DNA from: Minutocellus sp. GHC0000111
Taxonomy: Eukaryota
Direction of reading: 5' to 3'
DNA length: 64,000 nucleotides
Assembly (NCBI GenBank): GCA_977018835.1
Contig: OZ361256.1
Span: 7,192,001-7,256,000, forward strand
Below are positions 1-10,483 of the stretch, one piece after another. The notes under the pieces are model-generated. The model was not told where the DNA came from. It ran no database searches and worked only from the letters and a program-made list of their open reading frames with translations. Numbering within the stretch: the stretch's first letter is position 1; every line of letters starts with the position of its first letter. A program made the translations under genes and the position numbers.

Positions 1-1162
1 CTGTCATCGGTGCCGTGCGATTCCTGGTTCATGTACTGCCGGACCGACAATCGATACTGCTCCGCCTCGGATCGAATCACGGGCAGCAGTCCATCGAGCA
101 AAACTCCCAAGATACCGCACCCGTCGTCATCATCCATACGGATGGTGGCGTTCTCACCCTCCTCGGCACCTGTGATGGCATTTTGAACATATCGAAACAA
201 CCATCGCGGCAGCTCGGCAAGGTTGGACGAGGTCATGCGAATCTGACCACCGCTGCTACCACCAGTGCCAGACTCATTAACAAAATGAAAATGAACTCTC
301 TTTACGAGGGGTCGGATCAGTTCATCAACAACGTCCAACCTTGTGCCCATTCAACTGTTGTTGTCATTGTCACCATTACGTTCACCACCATCATAATCAC
401 CATAGGCATCATTGGCGAAATCACCATCTCCGTCGGCCCCATTCACATGTGCCATCAGAGCATCATGGTACAACTGAAGGCGGACCAATAGGGCCACCAC
501 CGTCGTGAGTTCCGTTGCCACACCACCGCCCTCCCATTCCGGTGCCACCGACTGCTCCAGCGCATCCCTCAGCGCCCGACACACGCCGACGGTGACGGAT
601 AGGTCCCGCTACCACCACCCTCGTTGCGAAGGCAGCGGCGAAATTCCAGCAGCAATTTGGCCCGGACTCGGGTGTGGTAGGGTCGGTAGCCCTCCATGAG
701 GATGCGAGTGTAGGGCGGTTGGTGGGTGGGATCGTGTCGCGTCCGCTTGGATCGCCGCGGCGGATCCTGTGGGCTGTGCCGGCAGAGGATCTGGCTGAGT
801 GCGGCGACGGACCGGACCTCGGCGGTGAGACTTTCAATGCCAACGTGGCCGTGGCCTTGGTCGCCGTCGGGGTTCTGAGGATGGAACTGGCGCAGGTATG
901 TGGCGTATTCCGACGCCAGCTCGAGGTCTGACACCTGTCGCTGCAACATTGGCAACCGTTGCGGCGGTGGAATAGACTGTAACAATGACGCCGTCGCTGT
1001 TGGATTGGCTACCGGTTGCTCCGCCGATTTCGCCTCGCTATTATCTTGCCCCCGTCCGGTATTATTTGCACGTCGACTTTGTTCGCGTTCGAGGGCCGCC
1101 TGGGCCAACTCCACCGCGTCCAATTCGTCGGCCAGGAACGTTGAGGATGCGGTAGAAGCCAT
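1..1162 (-). pseudogene. RINT1: RINT1/Tip20-like ER-Golgi tethering subunit, 5' part (runs off window), disrupted
   Basis: ATG at 1162 (MASTASSTF). Frameshift near 585 and in-frame TGA at 351-353. Read-through gives LDVVDELIRPLVKRVHFHF...TSSNLAELPRWLFRYV, resembling the RINT1/TIP20 RF.YHF...LDKPEW motif. Confidence 0.6.
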
Positions 1163-1662
1163 GGTGAGGGAAAACTGGCGCGGTAAAGGAGAGCGCTTGT
1201 GGCAAGCTACGTAGCTAGGGGCGGGCAGCAGCGGCGCAACCAACGAACAAAAGCGGCATCGCATCGGGCATCAATCGACCGCGCGCGGCAAGGCCTGGAA
1301 ATCATCATCACCGGACTCCTTCCACGTGGAAGGCCACGGCGACGTCCACAGCGCAGGCAGCAGCAGCAGTCCGTTCAATCAATAAAATTTTGTTTGCCAA
1401 ACCATTGTTGCCACAATGAATTGAGACAAGTGATCTTGCCTTACAGTACCGGGAGGTTGTGTTTCTTATTTGAAAGCTAATATTACGAATTGGAAACGAG
1501 GTCTCCAGGGATGGAGCTGTTTTAATAATAATGAATAATGCTGCTTTGTTCACGCATGAATATATAATAAAAAATACAAGCACCGACCGTACGACGACGA
1601 CGACCTTCTTGCTGCCTGGCGTCTCTATCTAGAGTGATCTACCGGTAAAGGAGATATCTAGG

Positions 1663-2856
1663 CTAATCCTCCAAACCTTCAAGTTCTCTTGCAATCTCGG
1701 CCTCAAGGTCGTCCATATCCTCGGCCTCGCCTTCGCCGTCGGTGGCGCCGGCACCAACGCCGCTGCCGACCATTTCATATGGGGAGTAGTCCGATGCGGA
1801 AGAGTTTTGCGAGATGGACGGGCCACCAGCAGCCGGGCCACCTGCACCAGATGATATGGAAGGCGCACCGCCCGTGGAGGGGGCGGAGAGGCTTGCACCG
1901 ACGGAGGCGGTGGCCGCCGCCCCAGCATCGTCAAGGACGTCACTCACCGGCCGAGCGGGAGAGGCCGGTTCGAACGTAATGGTTTCGTCTACCGGGTGCT
2001 CCGAGGCTTCGTCTGCAGCGGCGACGGCGGCGCTGGCCACTGCCACATCCTTGCGTACCTCCAGGGGCTGATCGCCCCATATCTCATCGACGGACAGTCC
2101 TGCCTCATATCGAGCCAGGGCGCAGTGAAAGAAGTAGTTGCGCCAGAAAGACTTTTCTCGTTCTCCTGCGCCGGCCAGGTCGGCATGCTGGGCGACCAGA
2201 TTGGGATCTTCCTTGAACAGCCGCTCGATGAGACCGACGTGCGCATCAAGGTCAAAGTCCTGAAGGAGAGGAGGCAAAGGGTCGAGCTTGGCCTTCTTGG
2301 CCTCCATCTTGGCGGCCTCAACGGCGGCGTCGGACAGGTCGGGCTTGGTGCTGCTTTCGCCGCCGCTATCGTTTGGTCCGTTGGGTGCTTTCTCTTTGTC
2401 ATCGCCGCCCTCCTTTTCACCAGCGGCATCCTGTTCCGCGGAGTTGCTCTCTTCCTTACCTCCGTCGCTATGATCACTGTTGTCCTTGGCAGCAACCTCG
2501 GTGTTGCTCTGACCGACCAAAACAAACGGTCCCGTGAAGGTGGTTTTCTCCTGACTCATGGACAAAATCTTCTCCTTGCATTCCTCGCACAATATTTCCC
2601 TCTCCTCGTCGGTCGTCTCCCACGGCAGCAGGCGGGCCAGTTGGTCCTTCACGCCGGCCTTGCGGTTCTCTTCGGCATCCATCTGCGCGCGCTCGGCCTT
2701 GAGCTCGTCTGTGTTGAGGGTGAGTTTCTTGAGAAGGTCCTCCCGTGCGGCCTCGTCCGTCAGGACCGTCGTGGCGGCCGTCGACACCTTACTTGCCGCC
2801 TCTGTCGCCGACGCCTTGAGCTCGGAGAGCTTGTCCATGGAGAACCACGACGACAT
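1663..2856 (-). CDS. BSD-domain protein (SYAP1/DOS2-like)
   Basis: Intact ORF from MSSWFSMDK. BSD-like motif LFKEDPNL...EKSFWRNYFFH and acidic tail DDLEAEIARELE. Confidence 0.8.
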   Translation of the reverse strand: MSSWFSMDKLSELKASATEAASKVSTAATTVLTDEAAREDLLKKLTLNTDELKAERAQMDAEENRKAGVKDQLARLLPWETTDEEREILCEECKEKILSMSQEKTTFTGPFVLVGQSNTEVAAKDNSDHSDGGKEESNSAEQDAAGEKEGGDDKEKAPNGPNDSGGESSTKPDLSDAAVEAAKMEAKKAKLDPLPPLLQDFDLDAHVGLIERLFKEDPNLVAQHADLAGAGEREKSFWRNYFFHCALARYEAGLSVDEIWGDQPLEVRKDVAVASAAVAAADEASEHPVDETITFEPASPARPVSDVLDDAGAAATASVGASLSAPSTGGAPSISSGAGGPAAGGPSISQNSSASDYSPYEMVGSGVGAGATDGEGEAEDMDDLEAEIARELEGLED

Positions 2857-3044
2857 GGTTGCTGGTGGGTCTGGGGTGGTAGCGCAAGCGAAGTGATGGT
2901 CCAATGGTCCGTCGTTGTGGTGATGATGTAATGGTTTGTGAGAATTCGTGCCGAAATTTTGGGGGTTATCCAGAAAGTGGGGATCGAGGATCGAGAATTG
3001 TCGACGGTCGACGGACAGATTTTATTTGTTCATAATCGGCTGTC

Positions 3045-4290
3045 ATGAATTTTTCGGGATACGTCGTCAGCCGACGGCTCATCCTGACCGCACCCGCTTC
3101 CTCGGGTGCAGAGCTTGGTGTTTGCCAGGTCATCCTTACAATCACCATGCCTGAGGGTTACCCGGTCCGTGAAGATGCTGTGTTGGGAGTGGACGCGCAT
3201 CTTTGCAACGATTCGTCGTCGTCATCTTCGGCTTCAGCTATCTTGAGGAAAATGGTGATTAATTCTCTAACATCTCATTACTGAATGCCGGCAAGTCGCC
3301 AAGGAGAACGCTGGTGGTGAAGCCGTATTTGTAGTCCTTGCAAGGGCCGACGAATGGGTGTCAGCAGATTGGATGGACATTGTCGAAACTACCAATGCCG
3401 AGGCAAATGCCGAAAAAGCAACGAATCTGATCAGTGACCAAAATGACAAATCTACTCGCAATGGCAGTTCGTTCGTCCTTGGAAGACGTTTGATCCATTC
3501 GCACCACATTATTGCCCCGTCCAAGCGCAAGGCGATTGTTGATCTCGCCCAGGATTATAATCTCGGTGGATGTTACAAATATGGATGGCCTGGCATTATT
3601 CTTATTGAAGGTGGAGAGGCTGACTGCATGGCATACGTGGAGGAAATAAAAACTCTCCGGTGGCAGCATTTGGTGGTACGAGGTGAACAGCAACTTCACG
3701 TGAGAGACCGGGATGCGCTCGAGAGGTCCAGGGTATTGCCAAGCAGGATGCAAGATTTGGGAGATGACATGTCAATTATTGCCAAACAATGCAAAGAAGC
3801 CGGCTTGGAGGAACTGTTTTTAACCTCGATGAAGATCTACCGAGACAGTGAGAAGAAGGAAAATGGATCAGAAAAAGAAACAGATTCGGAGTCCGGCGAA
3901 ATGAATCCATCATTTTCATGGCGCTACGGAGCACTGTGCAATGTAGACCACATGAATAATGCCAAGCAGTATCGAAAGTGGCTGAGAAAGGCTGCGTCCA
4001 GTGCGGGGTGTACTGTACTTATCAAAGTTTGCGATGCAAATGCCAAAAGACCTATAATTATCGTGGTCATTGCTGGTCAAGTTGAGGATGATGTCAAGAG
4101 ATTTATGAAACGTTGGAGGACAAGTCGAGTGGATGTGGATTCGACGGGGCGACCATGCTTAGAGAGAATGATGACTGTACTGACTGAGGGAGAACTTGAC
4201 CAAGAGCATATTGCTAGCTTTGATGACATCGAATTTTCGGCTCATCTTGAAGGTTCAAATATTTCCGAGGAAAACCTGCATGAAATATCA
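3045..4290 (+). pseudogene. RWD domain + DUF1115 (RWDD2-type) + RWDD3-type C-terminal domain; frameshifted, 3' end lost
   Basis: RWD-like ITMPEGYP, then a frameshift near 3275. SHHI..KRKAI..GGCYKYGWPGIILIEG..RWQ fits DUF1115; VDHM..RTSRVDVDSTGRPCLERMMTVL fits the RWDD3 C-terminus. Confidence 0.65.
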
Positions 4291-4367
4291 AGTGATTCAA
4301 ATGTCTTACTTTTACATGTTCACATATTTCCTGACGCGAACATTTCCTTCTTGCGACACATGCACAG

Positions 4368-4579
4368 AAAACCAATTGGCATATATCACAGACTCAATGG
4401 GCCTTCACAAAGTAGGGAACCCCTCGAGTGATCAAAGGGCCGTCACGCTTCACCTGTATTCTCCTCCTTTCAAATCATGTAAGATATGGCTTGACCCAAA
4501 CAAGGCATCCAAAGCATCCAACTGCCGCATGACTTTTCATTCTATCGATGGAAATGTCGTCTGCAATACCACCAGGTAA
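4368..4579 (+). pseudogene. CDO1: Cysteine dioxygenase, orphan 3' exon only
   Basis: After a CTGAC...CAG acceptor (AG at 4366-4367): NQLAYITDSMGLHKVGNPS..AVTLHLYSPPF..C..TFHS, the CDO C-terminal motifs. No upstream CDO exons found. Confidence 0.8.
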
Positions 4580-4813
4580 ATCGCAAGTCGGGCTAGAGTT
4601 GGTAGTGGCCTTCCAGGCGACTTAAATATTGAGCTGGACTCGTGTGGTAAATTCATAGAGTTTACATTGAATGAAGATAGAATCTAAAATAGATACTGTG
4701 TGGTACATACGATCGTAGTATACTCTAGCTAGTGGTACATGCGAGAGAAAACAATGTCTAAGAATGTAATAATCCTAGTATATACATCTTACATCATGAT
4801 ATTCGAGCCGCCA

Positions 4814-6643
4814 CTACGCCATGCGGGGAAGACTAGAACGCTGCTGAAGAGGAAGCATCATCATGTTGGGTGTCGACGTGAGATAATCGGACACCTTGCT
4901 CTCTGGTGCGGCTGATGCCTTGGGCTTGCCTTGGTCTTGATCGTTAAGAGGATCTGTTTGTTGCTCATGCTTAGGGTTGACAGTAGCAGTAGGCGGCTGG
5001 GATGGAGGAGATGGCTTTGCGGCGGACGCGGCGGTGCGAGCTTGTTGCTGCTGTTGTAGATTCTCGGCCTCAGAACCAACACTGTGGGGAATGCGACTGT
5101 CAATCTGCATCCTCTGGAGGACCTGCCCCTGTAAATTTACGCCATATCGACCAGCAATACTGCCATCGTTATGGATGGGAACACCAGCAAAGCGTGTGTC
5201 GTGAAGAAACTGATCGAGTGCCTCTCTGTGACGTGAATTGGAAGAGAGGCGGGTATCATTGGCGAGAGATGACTGAATGGCAGACCATCGGCTACGGTAG
5301 GACTCCAGGGCTGGAGCTTGCAAGAGAGCGCTGGGCTGCCGAGAGGAGGGAAGGATGAAGGTGGATCTTGAGGTGCTGTTCGGGGTGGGATCAGCCCAGT
5401 AGCTGCTGTGGGCTGGTGCAGTACCTGCCCTCGTGGGATGTATTGGACCTGCAGAAGTTTGGGCGGTGGTGCCGCTGGCTGCTGCAGCGTTGAGCCCGGC
5501 GTGCGTAGTCGTGCTCGCCCCAAGAATGCTGGCTGCCATTTCTGGACTCATTGTGAAATCATTCGATGGGCCGAGTTCAGCCATGCCTAGGAGGAAAGAT
5601 TCCGTCTGGAACAGACGGCTGGCGTCGGCTAATTGCTTTGACCTTTCCCTGGCCTTGGCGGAGCTGCCAATGGGACGGCCGACCTTACGCTTTTTCTTGG
5701 TGCCCTCCTTGGTCGAACTTTTGGTGGCTGCGCTAGATGCGCGTTTGGTCTTCTTTGTCTTGGTGGCAGTGGTCGCCTTGGTGGGGTTGGAGTCGGGAAG
5801 AGTCATCGTCGAAGACGCGGCTATGGCAGTGGAGGGAGGTGCGACAACTTGGTGGGACTGGTGGCCTGTCGGTACATGCGCCTGCCGCATCTGCAATGCC
5901 CGCTCGGCGCGCACGCGCAGCATCATCTCAGCAGCATGAGCCTGCTCGGCCATGGCCAGCTCTCTCTCAAGTTGGAGAATGGAGGGTGAAATGCCCCCCT
6001 GTGCTGCAAGTTGCTGCTGCTGCTGTAGCTGCCGCTGCATCTGTTTCAACCTGGACTCTTCGGCCTCAACCTTAAGGAGCTCACGCTGCAGAGCTTCGGG
6101 GGTTCTGGGGAGATGAGGATTGATGCCGGCAGTAGTGGTGGTAGTAGCAGATGGTCCGATGCCACGGAGGGCTAGCAGCTCCAATCCTTCGCGTTGTCTC
6201 TGCTCTGCGATCAGAAGTCGCTGCTGAAGGATCTCTTGCTCCACGAGGCGCTGCTGTTCCTGAAGTAGAAGTATCTCCTCCCTCATCTGCTTCTCGCTTT
6301 GGGGCAGTGTCGTCGCTGTTGCCATGGCGTTGATTCCGAGGCCGCCTTGAGCATATGCGCTGGCACGATCAGCGGTCATAATGGCCATACTGTTCTGTAG
6401 GCCAAGCATTCTCTCGCCTGATTGCTGAGGGGAAGCAGAAGCGTTGGTGCTTTTGTCACCTCCATCGTCGACAGCCCTCTGAGGGATGATGGGTGGGAGG
6501 AGATCGTTGCCGGGATTCTTCTTGTTGGTCGTAGATGCCGGAAGTTCGCTCGTTCTTTCCTTTGTTGTGCGATGGTCATTACAGGTACCTGGAATCGTCG
6601 GGCTGTTGGAGTTGGTGTTCGGTTCCTTCGGCGACGTGTTCAT
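4814..6643 (-). CDS. Gln/Ala/Thr-rich low-complexity, probably nuclear protein
   Basis: Long open frame from MNTSPKEP, with Q-rich coiled coils and a basic NLS/AT-hook-like KKKRKVGRPIGS. Confidence 0.6.
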   Translation of the reverse strand: MNTSPKEPNTNSNSPTIPGTCNDHRTTKERTSELPASTTNKKNPGNDLLPPIIPQRAVDDGGDKSTNASASPQQSGERMLGLQNSMAIMTADRASAYAQGGLGINAMATATTLPQSEKQMREEILLLQEQQRLVEQEILQQRLLIAEQRQREGLELLALRGIGPSATTTTTAGINPHLPRTPEALQRELLKVEAEESRLKQMQRQLQQQQQLAAQGGISPSILQLERELAMAEQAHAAEMMLRVRAERALQMRQAHVPTGHQSHQVVAPPSTAIAASSTMTLPDSNPTKATTATKTKKTKRASSAATKSSTKEGTKKKRKVGRPIGSSAKARERSKQLADASRLFQTESFLLGMAELGPSNDFTMSPEMAASILGASTTTHAGLNAAAASGTTAQTSAGPIHPTRAGTAPAHSSYWADPTPNSTSRSTFILPSSRQPSALLQAPALESYRSRWSAIQSSLANDTRLSSNSRHREALDQFLHDTRFAGVPIHNDGSIAGRYGVNLQGQVLQRMQIDSRIPHSVGSEAENLQQQQQARTAASAAKPSPPSQPPTATVNPKHEQQTDPLNDQDQGKPKASAAPESKVSDYLTSTPNMMMLPLQQRSSLPRMA

Positions 6644-7260
6644 GTTTGTTGCAATCGTCCGTGGATGTTGCCAATATTTTGTAGATCTGTGTACCCGTTC
6701 GACTTTATATGATGATGGGTGTATGCTATGACTCCTGGACTGGCTGCGTTGAAATATTCCCTGCTGCTTCTTCGAAGGGTTCTCGAAAATTTTTGGCACG
6801 ATACTTTGGGGGGCTGAACCACGTTTTTGTGGGGTCTGGAATTACGATCAAGTCTCTCTTCGAAAGGAAGAAATCTTTTTCTGAGATAAATGGATCGACT
6901 AACCAGAGATGTATGATACCCAGTTTGTTGCTGGAAGAGAATTATCTGGGCCTTTCTGCTTTTCTCTTTGCTTGGGGCAATTGTGTGCGTTCTCGTTGGT
7001 GAGGTTTCTGACAAATTCACGTGAACAATCCTGCGTGATGCGCTCTCGATTGCCGCTAAGAGGCAAGGCGGCAATGATTTGAGACATTACTAGTAGCCCC
7101 AAATGTCCCGTGATTTTTTTAGCCTCAGCCCTTTTAACGTTTCGCTGTCGTCACCATGTGCTCATTTCGAAATTTCACAGCATTGGCTGGTCCCGTCCCG
7201 CGTTGCACCAAGCTTGGTGCTTCCCAACGCTAAAATGCGCACGCTACTCAATACTCGAAG

Positions 7261-8127
7261 ATGAGCGGCGCGTACGGTGAACCGGACTGGGCCAACCCCG
7301 GCGCCTCGGCGAAGGCCGACGTGACGGCCGATGCCGGACCTACCACGACCACTGCATCGGCCGCGGCGGCCAGCACGCCTTCCCCTTCGTAAGTCTGCGT
7401 TCGACGCCTCCTATCTTGTTTGTGCCTGTTTGCGGGCTTTTTCGGGCGGGCCGCGGGGGCGGGATGTTCCGACCGTTCCGGGGTCAGCAATTAGTGTTCG
7501 TACTTTGCTAGGCAAATGGGTCAATCATATGAAAGAACTGCAGACACACTTGCATTCATCCGTGGTCGGTGCCAATATTTTGTGTCCAACCACCACACAT
7601 ACATTTTTCTCATGATACAACGCACCGCTTTCCTCTCCGCCCTCCTCTCAACCAACACTCATAGTGCCGGCAAGGGCAAGGGCAGCTGCATCCAAAGATT
7701 GCTTTCCATTCTCAACCTGCTCCTCTGCGCAGGCATGATGACCCTGGGAATTTTGACATTGATTGGGTTCAATAAAACTATGGACATCTCGGAGGCCTTT
7801 GTTGCGGCGTACATGATTCTCTTTGCGGCGCTCCTTGCCCTCTATGAATTCATGTGGTGGAGCACCATCGATTCCATCAACAAGAGCATGCGGAAGAACT
7901 TTGGTTTCCTCTATGGCATCAAGGGAAAGGCGTTTTATCTCATCTTCATCGCCTTCCTTACGATCGGATTGGAGGTTTCGATCAGGTGGCTCCGGTACAC
8001 TGTCGGCATTGCTTTCCTAGCCGATGGCGCGCTCCACCTGTTCCTGCTTTTTTCCAAGCCCGATTTGGTTTCCAGTTACAGTGCGCCATCTGGCGGTCTG
8101 TCGGAGAGCGGAGATGCTGTTGTGTAA
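7261..8127 (+). CDS. COPI-associated (TVP15-like) membrane protein, 2 exons (7261-7388, 7665-8127)
   Basis: ATG 7261 (MSGAYGEPDWA). GTAAGT donor at 7389 and TAG acceptor at 7664 keep frame. Four hydrophobic segments and NFGFLYGIKGKAFYLIF. Confidence 0.8.
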
Positions 8128-8703
8128 ATGAAAGGATGGGTCGTCGGACCGGCCATCCTTTCGACAGAGTAAAAAAGTTGTTGGGATGATAGGAATTGAT
8201 TGAGATGAGTCATGGTGATGATGATAATGGGTACAAAATAATACTACCTAGAAGTCTAGATCTACGTATTTTTGTCTCATCACAATGAGCTCAATGCACA
8301 GTTGAGCGGTCGGATTCATCCTGGCAATCTATGAGATGCTGGGGTTGATGAGGGCCGATCGATCGCGACGCTCATGGGCCCGGGCGGCCTCTTCATCTCT
8401 GCTCCGTCTTCCGCTGAGGGCCGATTTAGCCGTGATCCCATCGTGCCGCAGGAAAAATAGAAGTAAAAATATGCAGCCCTGAATATTCAAATGATAGGTA
8501 ACTTTTCTAATAGGGTTATGTGTTGTTTGAGGGTTATAGTAACACAGAAACAAATAGCACGAAGTGCCGAAGAAATTCTGCGTAAAAGACACAGAGGCCG
8601 CCCGGGAAATCTGCAACAAAAGATCACCGCACGACGCACCATGCATGACGAGGCAGCCAGATTGTCCCCCCTGGTGCCGCGCAAAATCACAACCAAAACC
8701 ATC

Positions 8704-9330
8704 ATGCGCGGGGCACCACTCGTCATACTCGTACCAATCTCCCGCTTTGAGGGCTTGGCGGGGGCGCCACAAACCATGCAGCAAACGAAAACCAGCGGGG
8801 GCGGAATTGCATTCGCTCGTCGCACACCACGTACAACAATGAGCCGCCTTCGACCTACAGTCACCATCTTTTCCTCAATAGCGGATGTTGCCGAATCGCT
8901 ATCATCGGCTTGTACCGATATCCCACTGCGCGTTGTCGCGGATGAGGCATTGGTGGGATACGGCGGGACCGTCGAGTTTGATCCAAAGCGCCTTTCGACC
9001 GAAACGGTGTCGGCGCTCAAAGAGGCTGAGATACTCATTGCGGAACCAGCGGTCGTCGCATCGCTTCTCATGCACGATGAAAGCTCACTCCAAAGCTTGA
9101 AATGGTGCCAATCAACATACGCCGGGGTTGATCCCTTGTTCTGTGCAGCTATTCCAGCTCACGCGCTGAAGTTCCAACTCACGAGGTTTGCAGGCTGCTT
9201 TGGCCCGCCTATCGCTGAATGGTCCCTTGCTCGTATAATTGAACATGAACGTGGCTTTGCTGCGACGGCGAAAGATCAGTTGGAAAGAAGTTGGGCAGGA
9301 TCAAAAGGCGAGGTACTCAATTACCGATAT
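8704..9330 (+). pseudogene. D-isomer-specific 2-hydroxyacid dehydrogenase, N-terminal half only
   Basis: LKWCQSTYAGVD..LTRFAGCFGPPIAEW..Q...W motifs. Ends at LNYRY before the expected NAD-binding GxGxxG. Start uncertain (8704 or 8839). Confidence 0.7.
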
Positions 9331-10135
9331 CGATGACGATGCGGCGGTTGCTTTTGGGTCCGACGAGGCTGCCTGGCGTGAGGTGCAGGAGGCATTCCCA
9401 ACCATTGATGGGTCCACTGATGCTGCCAATGCCCTCCGTCGCGATGATATCGCGGAACATCCCGAACGGAGTGCATTGCTCCAGAGGGCGAAGGAGGTGG
9501 CCGCACAGACGAACCGTAACGAGGCACAAAAGCAGCGAAATGAAGAACGCGGCCGCCAGATACTTATTGAAGATGCCTTGAAACGCAGAGTGGAGAAATT
9601 ACGACTTCGACAGGAAAGAGCAGCCAAGGAGGCTGCTGATCGGGAGGCCAGGAAGGCAGAGAATGAGGATATGGCCCGCGCCAGAGCAGAAATCGAGCGA
9701 TGGAGGGAAGAGCAGTTTGATATGTTGAATCGGATGGCAGAAGAGGCCAGACTGCGAGATATACAGGAACAGAAGGAACAGGCCCAGCTTCAGGAAGCCG
9801 ATACCAGTATCCCAAAGGTCAAGAGTGATCAATCGAATGACGAAGGCGACGAAATGAAGGCCGCCAAGGTAGCTGCTGAAGCTGCCGCTGCTGAAAGGGC
9901 TGCGAAAAAGAAAGCCGCCAAGAGAAAGAAGGAAAGAGAGCGGCAAAAGGCGAAGAAGGCTGCCGAGAAGAAGGAAGAAGAACGTTTGGCCAAGATCGAG
10001 GAGGAAAGGAAGCGAAGAGCTGAGGCTAAGCTCAAGTGTGCACACTGCTCAACCGGGATTCTCGATGCGGGATTTGAGAAGATGGGACACCTGTTCTGCT
10101 CCCCAAAGTGCGCCAGAGCTGGGACGAGCAAGTAA
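9325..10135 (+). pseudogene. C-terminal fragment of a coiled-coil protein ending in a VATC-like (Vms1/ANKZF1-type) treble-clef zinc finger
   Basis: E/K/R/A-rich coiled coil, then CAHCSTGILDAGFEKMGHLFCSPKCAR. No credible start of its own; abuts the dehydrogenase half-gene. Confidence 0.55.
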
Positions 10136-10145
10136 TCATTGATAG

Positions 10146-10338
<193 letters not shown>

Positions 10339-10483
10339 ATATGGGGACGCTTACTTTATTACAAAATGTATTCATTGTAACTATACTGATACTATTACAG
10401 CTGTGCGCCGTTGTTGGTTGTATTTCTATATTACGTCTATACATTACTTCGTTACTCTAATTTTTCTGCATTGATCAAAGGTT

